Program-made: the position numbers and the translations under genes
Notes under the pieces: generated by a model
Databases searched by the model: none
Told to the model about the DNA's origin: nothing
The model's input: the letters and a program-made list of their open reading frames with translations, nothing else
Shown: piece by piece, positions 23,291 through 35,093 of the stretch
Layout: every line of letters starts with the position of its first letter
How positions within the stretch are numbered: the stretch's first letter is position 1
DNA from: Hydrolagus affinis
Lineage: Eukaryota
NCBI GenBank assembly: GCA_012026655.1
Contig: JAAILG010001725.1
Span: 1 to 62,585, forward strand
Direction: 5' to 3'
Length of the DNA stretch: 62,585 bases

Positions 23291-26200
23291 GCTGACTTGC
23301 ACCGACTCTCAGGCATTTCATTACTCAGTTGGATATGCATAATATCAGAGGCAATGGGAGACCCAACATCGAGCAGGAAAATCCTCACTTAGACAGTACT
23401 AGTTGCCCTTAGAGACGTAGCGGCATTAGTGGGACAAACGAATGCTTCTTGTTCTATACTCGTGCTCTTACATAAGAAAGCTCTCATCTTCTCCAGGGAT
23501 TTGCAGCTCAGGAAATACTGCACTTAGTTAACAGCTGTTTGATAACTGGCAGCAGGACAGCTTCGCTGCCATAATATTTATCGATGTTTGTTTATTCATA
23601 TTCGTCTGTATTCAAATGCAGTAAGATAATGAACCTTGGTGCTTTTCCAAGGACAGTTTGACCAAACACTTGAACGATACTGATGGGGGAACAACAGCTA
23701 ACCTGGGACAAACTGAGGATTGATCAGGTCTCAACGAGTCTATTAACTGAGACACTGGGGAAGTATTGATCTTATAGGATGTGTGATTGGCTACTCAAGT
23801 TGATGGGCAGCAGCTGGATTGTTTGTGGCCTTTAAAGTCACGCTGCCTTTTCCTGAAGAGATGGGCAAGGGAGGCAGTGCAGCTGTGAACAACCAGAGCA
23901 ATTACTGGATCAACAGCAAACTAGAAAGTTTAGCAGAGCCTCTAATCTCTTCACATTTGACACACACACACACACACACACACACGAGTGCATACACAAT
24001 CAGAAAATGGGGACTGCAAATCAGACTTGTGCGCAGTGTATTTCTGAGTGGGTTGTGGCGAATGGAACAATCTTTAACACAGAGTTTCAGCCTGACGCTT
24101 ACTGTTTGCCAAACTTCATTTATCAAAACCGAGCTCCACCTCAGCAGACTGTAAATTAGGCCATGTTTCCCACTCTTGAGGAAACTCACTGGCACATGAT
24201 AGCGTCCTGGGAGCTCAGGGGGAAGGGCCAGCGACCATCATCAAAATGTCAGACAGAAAAGGTTCTGCACCTGACTTTAAATAGCATCAAATGCACGTTT
24301 TGCTGGGAACTCTCAGCAAATGGGATTTATAATTATTACTCTTTTTTTCTCAAAGCTTCCTGGACCGCAGGGATATGAATCTATTGTTCAGTGTGTGGTT
24401 CACAGTGTGTGTGGCCCACCCCCATGACCTGCAAGCTTTCCCTTTGAGGTAACACAAAATATTGTGTGAAACCAAATGATCTTGAGCCAGAAACAGGTTT
24501 AGTCTCGGGTCTGGATTGAGCGTTACAAACAGTCTAGGGCGCTGTCCTGTGCGAGGAGCACTATAGAAATGCGAGTTTTTAAATTGTTGTGAGGTCGGGA
24601 ATGGGATCAATTTTGAGCTTGGAAAAGGATCGAGTGTGGGAATGGGATCAAGTGTGATCCTGGGAATGAAATTGAATGGGAGCATGAGAATTGGATCAAG
24701 CCTGGGAATGGTTTGAGTGTAAGCCTTGAGGGTTTGGGTTAGTGGTTTGGTGTGAACAACTTGTATAAAAACCACCACAATCTCTGCACAACCAGCACCC
24801 AATGCACACCCCTAACCCCAATTCAGCAAAAAAAACACTTTGGGGGTCAAAGGATTGCGTAATTTGGTAATCATCTCAATAACAAAGAAAACCTCACGTA
24901 TGATGACTGCCTTTTTTGGAAGATACTTTTAATATGATTCTGGAAGTTGGGAAGGGGAGTGGAGGGATGTATTTGGAAGAGAGCCATCGGGGCTGACTGA
25001 GACTCCACATGTGGTTGCAGCCTGTCCTAAACATGTTGTGATGTTGTGAGGGAGTGAGTTCCACTCCAATTCTGTCACTGGAAAAACACAGCAGCTGAAG
25101 CTCTCCTCGGCCAGGGCCAAGGAGACTGGTGTTTGTCTGCCTTGTGTGCCCACCACTGGGGGTCCACTCCCGGAGGGAAAAGCTCTTTAAAATAATCCAA
25201 AACACACTCACTTGCCTACGGAGTGATTAATAGATTTTCTGGGGCTGCCAGCCAGGCAAACAAAGGCTCTTTTGAAACATCACAAGAATAGTTTGCGGAT
25301 CTGTTCTGTTCGACTATTGGACTTCAAGGGGTTGCTTCACTTGTGCAAATCTTCACCACCTTCCTATATGTTTCCTTCTCAACCCGCCTTCTACAACATT
25401 CAGAAAATTAATTGGAAGCATGTTTAGTTTGAAAAAGGCCCAACACTCCCCTGCTGCCTAGACTAGGACGGTTTTAGAAACTAAGTTTCCAATACATTTT
25501 TTTCCCAAAAAAGGGAAGAGATGAAAACTTGAAACAGCAAAATTCCTGTACATCGCTTAAAGGGATTTAACTAAGAGTTATTTGTAGCAGGTTATAATAG
25601 GTCTTGCAGCCATTTAGGATGCCAACACTGACTCCTCTTCCATCACCAACACCGTTCGTGATCTCTTTGTTAAAGTCTACTCATGCTAGCTTGAGACAAG
25701 AGACAAAAAGCAGACATCAACACATACTTCTGAAGGCCCCATCTGCCTGTTCAGAAGGACGTTCAAGATCCACATCACTGGAGAATAGCAGGGAATTCTC
25801 ACACTGTCTGGGACTAAATCTCTATCTCGTCCAAATTCACCCCAAAAATAAATAAACAATTGATCATCTCCATTCACCTCATCATTGAGATGCAAACTCA
25901 GGTTCTGTCTGGCTATTCTGGTTGATGTTAAAGGTCCCATGGGGCTATTTAAAAAAGAAGGGAATTTATACCCTGGTGTTCTGGCAAACAATCCCCAAGA
26001 TGAAATTGGTTACTCATTTAATAGCTGTTTATGGGATAAGGCTGTGTGCAAATTGGCTGCTGCATTCACCCAAAATACAGTCGTTACACTTAAGTAAATC
26101 AAGTGAAGTGCTTTGAGACGTCCTCCTGACGTGAAAAGTGCTATAGTAAATATAAGGATTATTATTTTATTGTGGTTTGTAGAGTATTGCTGGCATCAGC

Positions 26201-26369
26201 ATTATCGTTACTGCACTTGAAAGTAACTCATTGCATTTAGAGGCTTTGATGCACGGACTGTTTTTAAGTTCTACTCTAGTAATGTCATGACGGAAAGCAA
26301 TGCATTGGGAGTGGAACTCTTTTCTGCCTTTTGCAATTAATGTCAGTGTTTCACGCACACATAATAATG

Positions 26370-26690
26370 ATAATAATCCTTTCATTTGATTGTAGCACTT
26401 TTCACATCTTCTGGAAAACAACAAAATTACATTTATAGCGCGCCTTTCATGTTGGGCGGACGTCTCAAAGCGCTTCACAGAATATACTGTAAAGTGAATT
26501 GACGGTATATTTGTGGGCAAAACGCGGCAGCCATTTGCACCCAGCAGTGTCCCACAAACAGACCGATTTATTATTGTTTGATTTTGAGGGATTAATATTG
26601 GAGTGGAGTAAGGAAACTTGTCCAAGGTTTTGCCCTGCCTAGAATTGCTAGTAAGGCAAGTGCTCTAACCATTGAGCTACAGGACACCAC
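26370..26690 (-). mobile_element. Deu-type SINE
   Basis: Family tail and body plus the head remnant caagtgctctaaccattgagctacagg. Confidence 0.8.
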
Positions 26691-28900
26691 ATGTCAAATG
26701 CAGAGTGGAAGCTCCTTGAACTCCAGCCCAGCTAAGTATCTGAAGAACACTTCCTTGTTCGCCTGGGAGTGAGACTGCCACTCAGTGCTGGATTATTGGT
26801 CAATTTGGTATTGGCTTTGAAAACCTTGACATTTTGACTCCATCAATGATGCACACAGCTGCCCAGAGACCTGGGAAATTGACCTAAGCAGCGATTGCAC
26901 TGAAATGCACATTAAAGTAACCTTTCTCTGATCTTGGCTTACCTCCAATTCCCCGAAATGGTCCAAATTTTGTCTGTTTCCTCCTTGATTTCCGCTGCCA
27001 TTTGTGAAATGATAGTCTCGACACATGCTCTCATCAATGATTACGTTATCTCAGCTCATTCCTGCTGATGTTCTGTACATCAAAAAGTCCTGCGTTAGTT
27101 TCTAAACTCATCGATTAAGATCACTTTCATTAAACAAGCCTTAAAACTGTGGCAAATTGTTAAATTCGATCTTAATTCGGAAGCCCCTTTACTGGGATTC
27201 CTAAAAAGATTTAAGACTTTTTCACAATTTATCTCCATCTTAAATGTTAAGGTAAAATGATCTTCCATGCTAACACTAGGTGGAATTGGGTCTAACATGC
27301 ACTTAAGCAGCATAGTTCACCTTGAATGAACTTCTTGATGTGCTTATTAATTACTAAAAACTGAGCAAGGAAATCTTAGGGATATTAAGCACAGTTTGAT
27401 AGATATGTTGCAGGAGCAATTTTGAAAGCAGGAAGAGAGGAAATTAGGTGAAGAGGCTTTGTAATTTGTTGCAGTGGACAGGGGCATAGTTGCTATCTTT
27501 GCTTGGTAAAGATTCGGACACCGTTGCAACAGAACGAGGAATAAGCAAAGGATCAGAATCGGAGATGTTGCTGGCGTGTAGAGACAGAAGAAATTGTAGT
27601 GATTGGTTGAATGTATTTGAAAGGCAAGGATTGTAAAATCAATCCACTAGGAGTAATTCCATTTTCTTTAACTTTGGAGAACCTTGGTGGCACAGAATTA
27701 CACTGTACACACAATTAAAAGCTCTGTGGTTGTTAATCAGACACTAGTGCTGCTGTCAGCGTGAAGGCTCAGTGACTGCACAATCTTAAAATGCATTTCC
27801 CATTTCATTGTTACGTTCTGTAACCAGGGAACGTGATCAGGCAGTGGTAAGTGACAGATTCCAATATACAATGCGACTGGTGATTTTTCAATGGAAAATC
27901 AACAGGAATCACTAGCAGAGACTTCAGTTTCAGATCTTTAATGAATTCCCAAGACGATTCCAGATTATTTAGTCGTACCATCAATTGCAGTGTAGACTGT
28001 AATAAAATAATCACAGCACTAAAGTAAGCCCTGTGAAGCACTTTGAAAGTTCCTCATGATGTGAAAGGCATTGTATCAAAGGCAAGGAATGTTATTATTA
28101 TTACATTACCATATCATATTAGTTTGTTTAAAAAGCATCAGGGCTAATGAAGGTTTCCCGAAGAGAGGTGAATCGGTTTGAACCAGGAACTGTAGAGTGA
28201 AGTTTGAAAGTGGTTTTCATAGCGTGTTGGCATTCAGATAAATAGCCTTTACAAATGGTCTGCCGGGACTTTTAAGCAGACACAAATAGAATTAATTAGA
28301 TGCTATCTGCTGTGTAGTTTGGGGATTTATTTCCGTGTTATCTGACAATCAGGAATCCAGCAGTTTCAGCACAAAGAAAGAGATGAGATTAGTTCAGGGC
28401 TAGTGTAAGTCTCTCTGTAAAACCATGAATATACAGTACTGGAGGCAGCAGCTGCTTTTCAAAGTGATGGATGGATGCAAGTTGAATGTTTAATTAAACT
28501 TTTCTTTGTTTCACCTCTAGTTATTTTATCCCTTGGCCCTGTGGGTTGGGGAGAGAGCAAAATCAGACAGGGTCCTGATAATCATCTAGCAACCTTATAA
28601 TGTGTTTAGTTTGGACACAACAGATTTCTGACATTCAGAGAAACTTGCCACATTTAAGACTCTCCAGAAAAAACTACTGAGAGTTTTGCACATGTATATT
28701 GTGCAAATTCCTCTGACCTTACTCCCTCCACTCTGGTCTGCTTCATGCCCCTTTTCCACCGACTCCTCCATCTGAGCGTTCAGCTACTTTATCTCTGCGA
28801 TGAAGAACTTCTTTCTAAATCCCTCCACTGTGTTTTACCAGCGGATACCGCCTTTCAATCTCTAAAAAAAAATCCTGGGAGTATTCCCTATTATGCCCAG

Positions 28901-29250
28901 GATAATAATAATAAATAATAATAATCCTTGCATTTGATATAGCGCTTTCCACATCTTATCAACGTCCCAAAGCGCTTCACAGAATATACTGTAAAGTGAA
29001 TTGACTGTATATATTTGTGGGCAAATTGCGGCAGCCAATTGCGCACAGCAGTGTCCCACACACAGTCGTGGATTGAAACGACCAATTTTATTATTGTGGT
29101 TTTTTTGGAGGGATTATTATTAGGCGTGTGGAGTAAGGAAATTTGCCCAAGGTTTCGCCCTGACCTGCCTGGATTCGAACACAGGTCTCCCCAGCTTGGT
29201 CTCCCCAGCTTGCAAGACAAGTGCTCTAACCACTAAGCCACAGGAGCTCC
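28901..29250 (-). mobile_element. Young full-length Deu-type SINE
   Basis: Near-identical to 2107-2448, with intact A and B boxes. Confidence 0.9.
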
Positions 29251-29650
29251 GATACACAGCTGGAGGTGTAGCTTGTAATGATCTGTATATTTGACTACAT
29301 CTTCGACCACCTCCACCCTATTTCCTCCCAGCTTGGACGCTCACTCCATCTTTCAGATTTTTTTGCTACATGAAAGGCGCTGCATAAATATAAACTGTTA
29401 CTGTTGCGTGGCTTGGTTTAAGCAGTCTCTATCCAGAGGGACACAGCCTGTTTGGATAATCCTGCAGAGTTCAGGCACAAATTGGCAAGAGCTACCTTGC
29501 GTGAGGGAGACTATATAAATGCAAGTACAGTACTGTAGTTGTTATAATGCAATCTTGCTTTTTGTCTGGGATTGGGAAACAATGCTCAGCATGGCCCTGA
29601 AAGGTTCATACTGAGCTAATACACTCCATTCTCTATCTAATTTGTTCCAG

Positions 29651-29800
29651 AAGTGGAAAATAAAAGGATCATCCATCATGCAGTTGGTGACAGGGGCATG
29701 TCTGGACAGCCAGGTGGAGACGGAAAGAGATCGGGTGGGAACAACATCTTGCCAACCTGACCTTGCCAGCCAACAGTGGGAACTATTACAAGTCACGTGA
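29651..29800 (+). CDS. GALNT16: GALNT16 last coding exon (exon 15), 150 nt including TGA (lectin gamma repeat)
   Basis: ttccag|AAG TGG...ACG TGA encodes KWKIKGSSIMQLVTGACLDSQVETERDRVGTTSCQPDLASQQWELLQVT*, with CLD and QQW ricin motifs. Confidence 0.92.
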   Translation, partial: KWKIKGSSIMQLVTGACLDSQVETERDRVGTTSCQPDLASQQWELLQVT

Positions 29801-30620
29801 CACCAGAGGTCAGAGCCTCCCTGATAACTGTGCATGGACTTTGAAAAGAAATGTTTTTAATTTGTACGTTTTCACTGTAGACGTGAGATAAGAGGCCCCC
29901 AGAGCTGAGGCACCAGCTGTGTGAACTCCAGCTGTCAAACGCACACACGGTAAGTTTGTGCAAGAGCCTAAAACTCAGCCAAGCATCGAAAGAGATGGAA
30001 TTGAGTCAGGAAACATCTCGTACAGGTGGACTGTATGACATCCTATTGTAAAGTCACAGGATATTACAGCAGCCATCTGCTTTCTTCCAAAAGGACAATG
30101 TCACCCTCACTGCAGTTGATCGACTGAATCATCACCTACCATCACTTCCGTCCAAGACAATCTGAAGCTATCACAATGTGCATGAACTACAGTCATCAAG
30201 TTTTTAATGAGCCAAGATTGACACCAGAATAGCCTCCAGGGCTGTGCCCAGGGAGTTTTGTTCAAGCGCTTATCATGTTAACGGGTTCTGTGGGTTGCTT
30301 TTTGAGGGTTGAACAACAAAGAAAATTACATTTGCAACTTGGCTTGTGCAGTTTTATGGGAATAAAAAAAGATTTAAATTCATTCACACTCCCAAATATT
30401 TCACATTTTTTAGTCGACTGTTATGACCAAAATGAAATCCTTTTTGATAAACGATTTCTATTGGCTTCCTCTTTTGCAAACAGTCGGCTGCCAAATGTGT
30501 TTTTACTAAGCTGAATTATGTTGCTTATCTTATTGAGCGAGACACCATCTCTAGTCTCATTGGGGCAATGAGAAGAACCAAATGTTATTTACTTGATTCT
30601 AGATACATGTTAACTTAAAA

Positions 30621-30626
30621 AATAAA
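30621..30626 (+). terminator. Candidate GALNT16 polyadenylation signal (alternative AATAAA at 30361)
   Basis: AATAAA about 820 nt after the stop codon, followed by a GT-rich stretch. Not verified. Confidence 0.4.
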
Positions 30627-30904
30627 CTGAAACAATGCTGATGTGTTACTGTAATATTCTGAAGCTTTACATAAAATGTTTGTGAAGATGAACCTAGTTT
30701 CGATTTAATAGTAACTTTGCTAGAGACAAGTCTTGTAAACATGACTTCAGTTTTATGATTCAGATGTACAGCAGAGGGATTTCCTGGAGGAGAGAAAAAC
30801 GCTGGGAAACTAAACACAAGGGGCGAGAGTTTTGATATTCCTCTGAAATTAATTTGTGTAGATTTCAGCAATCCCTGAAGACGCCTAAGGCACACAAATT
30901 CAAG

Positions 30905-32766
30905 ACACTTGGGGTTCACAGTTTAGTTCATAACTCATTTCATTGATGGCTATGTGAAAATCCTAAATAATACATAGCCACATGGTTTTAAATTGGACCC
31001 TCAGCTTTCCAGAAGGTCATTAAATCATCTCAGTTGGCATGACAGAAATAACATGTGAATTTGACAGATCTGTCAATGGTGTTGGCTAACAGCTATAGTT
31101 GGGTAGGAGCAGAGGCAGTCAGTGTGCTGTGCCTGCTTGGCCACATTGAAAATGTCAGCTGAATCAGGGGAAGTAGCAAACCTACTATGTTTACATCAAT
31201 TAAAAAAGATCTTGTGTGAAATTAGTGCCGGTAAAATTTTAACTTTGGTGATTCAAAGTTTTTTGATAAATTGTTCATTCGTTTCCATAAAAGTTTTGAA
31301 TTGTGTTTACACAAGTATAAATGAGCAATAAGTTATTGTGCTTATACAAGTGTAATTTTGTTGTACTTCGAGTGTGACATTTCTAAACCTTGGGCAAGTT
31401 TCTTTATTCCACACACACACACCTAATAATAATCTGTCCAAAAAAATAATAAATTGGTCATTTTCAATCCACGACTGTTGTGGGACACTGCTGTGCACAA
31501 TTGGCTGCCATATTTTGTCCACAAATATACAGTCAATTCACTTTACAGTATATTTTGTGAAGCACTTTGAGACGTCTAGAAGACATGAAAAACGCTATCA
31601 AATGCAAGGATTATTATTATTATACATTAGTTCCCAGGGATCATATCTGTAGATCATGGTACATGGAGAGTAAGGGATTTTAAGATACATGGATAGGGCA
31701 GGACAGTGGGGTTGAATAGGCAATTCAATCAATAGACAATTTGCTTTGTGCAAATTTGATGGGTCAAATGGCCTCCTTCTGATTCTAACACTGATGAGTG
31801 GAAGTCCTCAGCAAATGCAAGTGTACTTATCTATGAATTTACACCCAAATAACTCCAAGCTGGAGTCCAACCTGGCCAACTATGTGCAACATATTTGTAC
31901 AAAGGTCTTTAAACATACTTGATAGGAAGACCATTGTCCCGTGGTTTATTTTTAACTGGTTTAGTTGTAGGTGGACCGTAGAAATGAACAATAGTGGAAT
32001 CTTGTACTGTTCATCTCCTTTCCACTTGTGAACAGGTCACCTTCTATAAACCAGGTAAAGTACACACTTCTCTAAAGGCCAAGTCTTACCTCCAGGGAGT
32101 CAAGAAGGCCATGTTGGCATCTTATCCAAATAGGATAATACTCCTATAATGCTCTTTCCCTTTCCTCTACTGTTTGATTGGCTTTACTTTGTAGCCCATC
32201 GGACAACTGACAAAAGATTCAGCCATAAGGTCGGGCGACCTGGGAACAAATGGGTAAAAATCTCACACTCAAGCTACAAGAAGCTATTACTAATTCACAT
32301 TTCTGTAAAAACACAATTCAAAACTGGCACTGGCTACAGCAGAGTGGTTCAACTATTAGCCTGCGTCGCCAGCCGGCATCTGGCCCAGGGGATTATTTCA
32401 TCAGGCCCACGAACCATTCCCATCCTCGTTGTCTGATGAGCAAATATAGATGGCATGCAGGTCCCGAACAATCATGAGACAATCGCTTCTGCCTGGACTA
32501 GCCAGTCGGCTCTTGTGGCCCACGAATATTTCTGAAACTCAGCAGCCAAACGTTTGTATCACCCTTACCTACAGCACCATACAGTGGTCGGGTGGCCAAA
32601 GCCTGGAGAGTATTGCTTGTTATTTCTGTCATTCCAACTGAGATGAATCAATAACCTTCTGGAAAGCTGAGGGTCCAATTTAAAAACATGTGGCTATGTA
32701 TTATGTGGGATTTCCACATAGCCATAAATGAAATGAGTTATGACCAAAACTGTAAACCCCAAATGT
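30905..32766. repeat. Inverted repeat pair with 149-bp arms (30905-31053 and 32618-32766)
   Basis: The reverse complement of the right arm aligns without gaps to the left arm, e.g. tttaaattggaccctcagctttccagaaggt and cataactcatttcatt are shared. Confidence 0.9.
31385..31622 (+). mobile_element. Deu-type SINE lacking the tRNA head
   Basis: aaaccttgggcaagtttc through the caaatgcaaggattattatt tail. Confidence 0.85.
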
Positions 32767-33584
32767 TTAAAAATGCAAGTACAGTATGGATCCAGTGGAG
32801 GCGTTGGCTTGTTGGACTGAATAAACTATTCTTGTTTTTGCAATTGCAATTCTTGCTATTTCTACCCTCATTGACCAGAATAACACCATAAATTATTTCT
32901 GCTATGAATTTGCAAAGTAGCTTTAGCGTTTTAATTTTACAAAGTTACTGAAGCACAAGGGATGGTTGACGGTTGAAATAAACAGTCCATTGCAGACTGA
33001 GAATGAGCCTTCTAATTAGGCATACACAAGACCAGTTTGTACAGTATAAGCTCTATTCATAATTCAACACTAAATGAAGAGCCATTAAATAGCTGCGTGA
33101 TTGGACAACCTATCCCAAGTGCAGCAGGTGAGCTGTTAAGTCAGTGGAGTGAGGTTGTTCAGCCAAAGCAGAGAGTATTGCTATAATCAGGCAATAACTG
33201 GTCAGGCGCTAAAGAGAGGAAATGGGTTTCCATTCCCTAGCATCACATGCAACTTCCAGAGCTCATGGTTTGAAATGAAATATCACCTTGACAGGATCAA
33301 ATTGTGCTGGATTAAAAACGTACCTTACCCATTATGTTCAATGCAGGCAATTTCTTGCTGCAGTCATCCAATAAATTCTAACAGCCACCAAATGATTTGG
33401 AACATTTTCAGTGAGATGTAATTGGAAGCAAATTGACTTAGGATTCATTACATGTGCCACTCAAAAGCATACCTCGGTACAGAGCTGAGGGATTAAGTCA
33501 GGGAAAGGGAAAAAACAGGATTCTTGTTCAGTAATTTGGCTCAGTGTATAGTGCTTATATAGATTATATATATATATATATATA

Positions 33585-33920
33585 AAATGATCCTTGCATT
33601 TGATATAGCTGTTGAGATGTCTCAAAAGCGCTTTACAGAATATACAGTACTGCAAAGTGAATTGACCATACCTTTTTGTGGTTGAAACGCAGATTTGAGT
33701 GACCCCCTTTTTTTTTTAAAAAAGGAACTATTACCCCCAAGAAAGCAATCGAATAAGGCAGTACAAAATTCAAATATTTGCACCAACCACTCCTACTTCC
33801 TGCTAGGTAAACAGCGATGTGTGGAGTAAGGAAACTTGCCTAAGGTTTCGTCTGCCCGCGAATCAAATCTGGGACCTCTAACTTGTGAGGCAAGTGCTCT
33901 AACCAATAAGCTACGGACTT
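33585..33920 (-). mobile_element. Older Deu-type SINE
   Basis: Tail, gtggagtaaggaaacttgcc and the head caagtgctctaaccaataagctacgg. Confidence 0.75.
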
Positions 33921-34707
33921 CACACTAGGATCTCTAGTCTCCAGAATCGAAGCCTAACATTAGGACATAATCTAAGTGAATCTCCACACCAGTGATGAGA
34001 TTATGTCCTTTGGACGCACCAAACAAACTGGGCAGGGATTTGGTGGTGGTGGGGGGTGAAAACAAGCAATAGTTAAGGATCTTAGGCACTGTTTCAAAGG
34101 AGCATAGAGTTCCCTTGTTTTGTGGGATATTCCTCTCAGATCCAAATTTGTCAAATAGAAACGGAACACTTAATCGTTTGCCTCATTGAAAATTAGCTCC
34201 TACACAAGATTTATTACATTTCAAAGTAACTTGCAGTGTAAAGTATTTGGAAGCATTTTGTTTCAAAGTGATCAGGCACGAAGGAGTACATAAAAATGAA
34301 TTATAATTATTTACACCATTAAGCATAGCCAAGTAAAGAACTGGCTTTCGCTAAATTACAACGATTGCATTGTGAAATGCTATTGCTCAAAAACTGCAAA
34401 AAAAATTCCAGAAATAAAACACGTTTGTAGATGGTGTACAGAATGCTTTTGGATAAAGTATTTCTTGCACATTCGTCTATCAAAATGGAAGAGTAATGTC
34501 TTGAAATTGTTTGAAAATAACCTCCAAAACATGCTGATAAACCAGAACTGACACCACCTCTTTACCACTGACCAATAGTGCAGTGTAATTAGTGTATCTC
34601 TTAAAACAAGGAACAGTCCCGGATTTCCCCGAGTTGCTCTGGCACTAAATAAAGAGAAAACGCAGAAGCCTGGCACAGAACTGCAAAACAAGTCATTGTT
34701 TTTAACC

Positions 34708-34713
34708 TTTATT
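34708..34713 (-). terminator. Candidate ERH polyadenylation signal
   Basis: tttatt on plus is AATAAA on minus, about 280 nt past the ERH stop, with U-rich sequence downstream. Confidence 0.6.
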
Positions 34714-34990
34714 GAAAAGTAAAAAGAAGATTCTAAAATGGCACCCTAACCAAACAAACACTTGCTTCAACTGATGGCATCTATTAAACTCTAGTACAAA
34801 GAACAAAACCAACATATGCACGTTAATATAAAAAAACGCTGTTATCATTACCCGTCTGCCACAGGGTTTGGGTGCTATTTCCTGTTGTTTCCCATTACTG
34901 TACCAAATTGAACTGAGTGAAGAGAGCACTGCTTGATTACTAACACTCGGGAAGTGCACACTGTATATTGCCTGCTGTGTGAGCTGCTGG

Positions 34991-35093
34991 CTATTTGCCT
35001 GCCTGTTGGGCCTGTCTACGCAGCAGGACGTAGATCTTCTCTTTGATCCAATCCTTGTTGTAGGGCTGGTACGTCTGAGTGTCCGCTCGGTAA
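34991..35093 (-). CDS. ERH: Enhancer of rudimentary homolog, exon 4 (103 nt including TAG)
   Basis: ctgcag|T TAC CGA...AAA TAG encodes [33 protein letters not shown]. Confidence 0.97.

Noticed and set aside
23819-24154. ORF containing KWGLQIRLV, considered as the GALNT16 last exon
   Set aside because: It has no pyrimidine tract and no CLD/QxW motifs. The exon at 29651-29800 fits far better.
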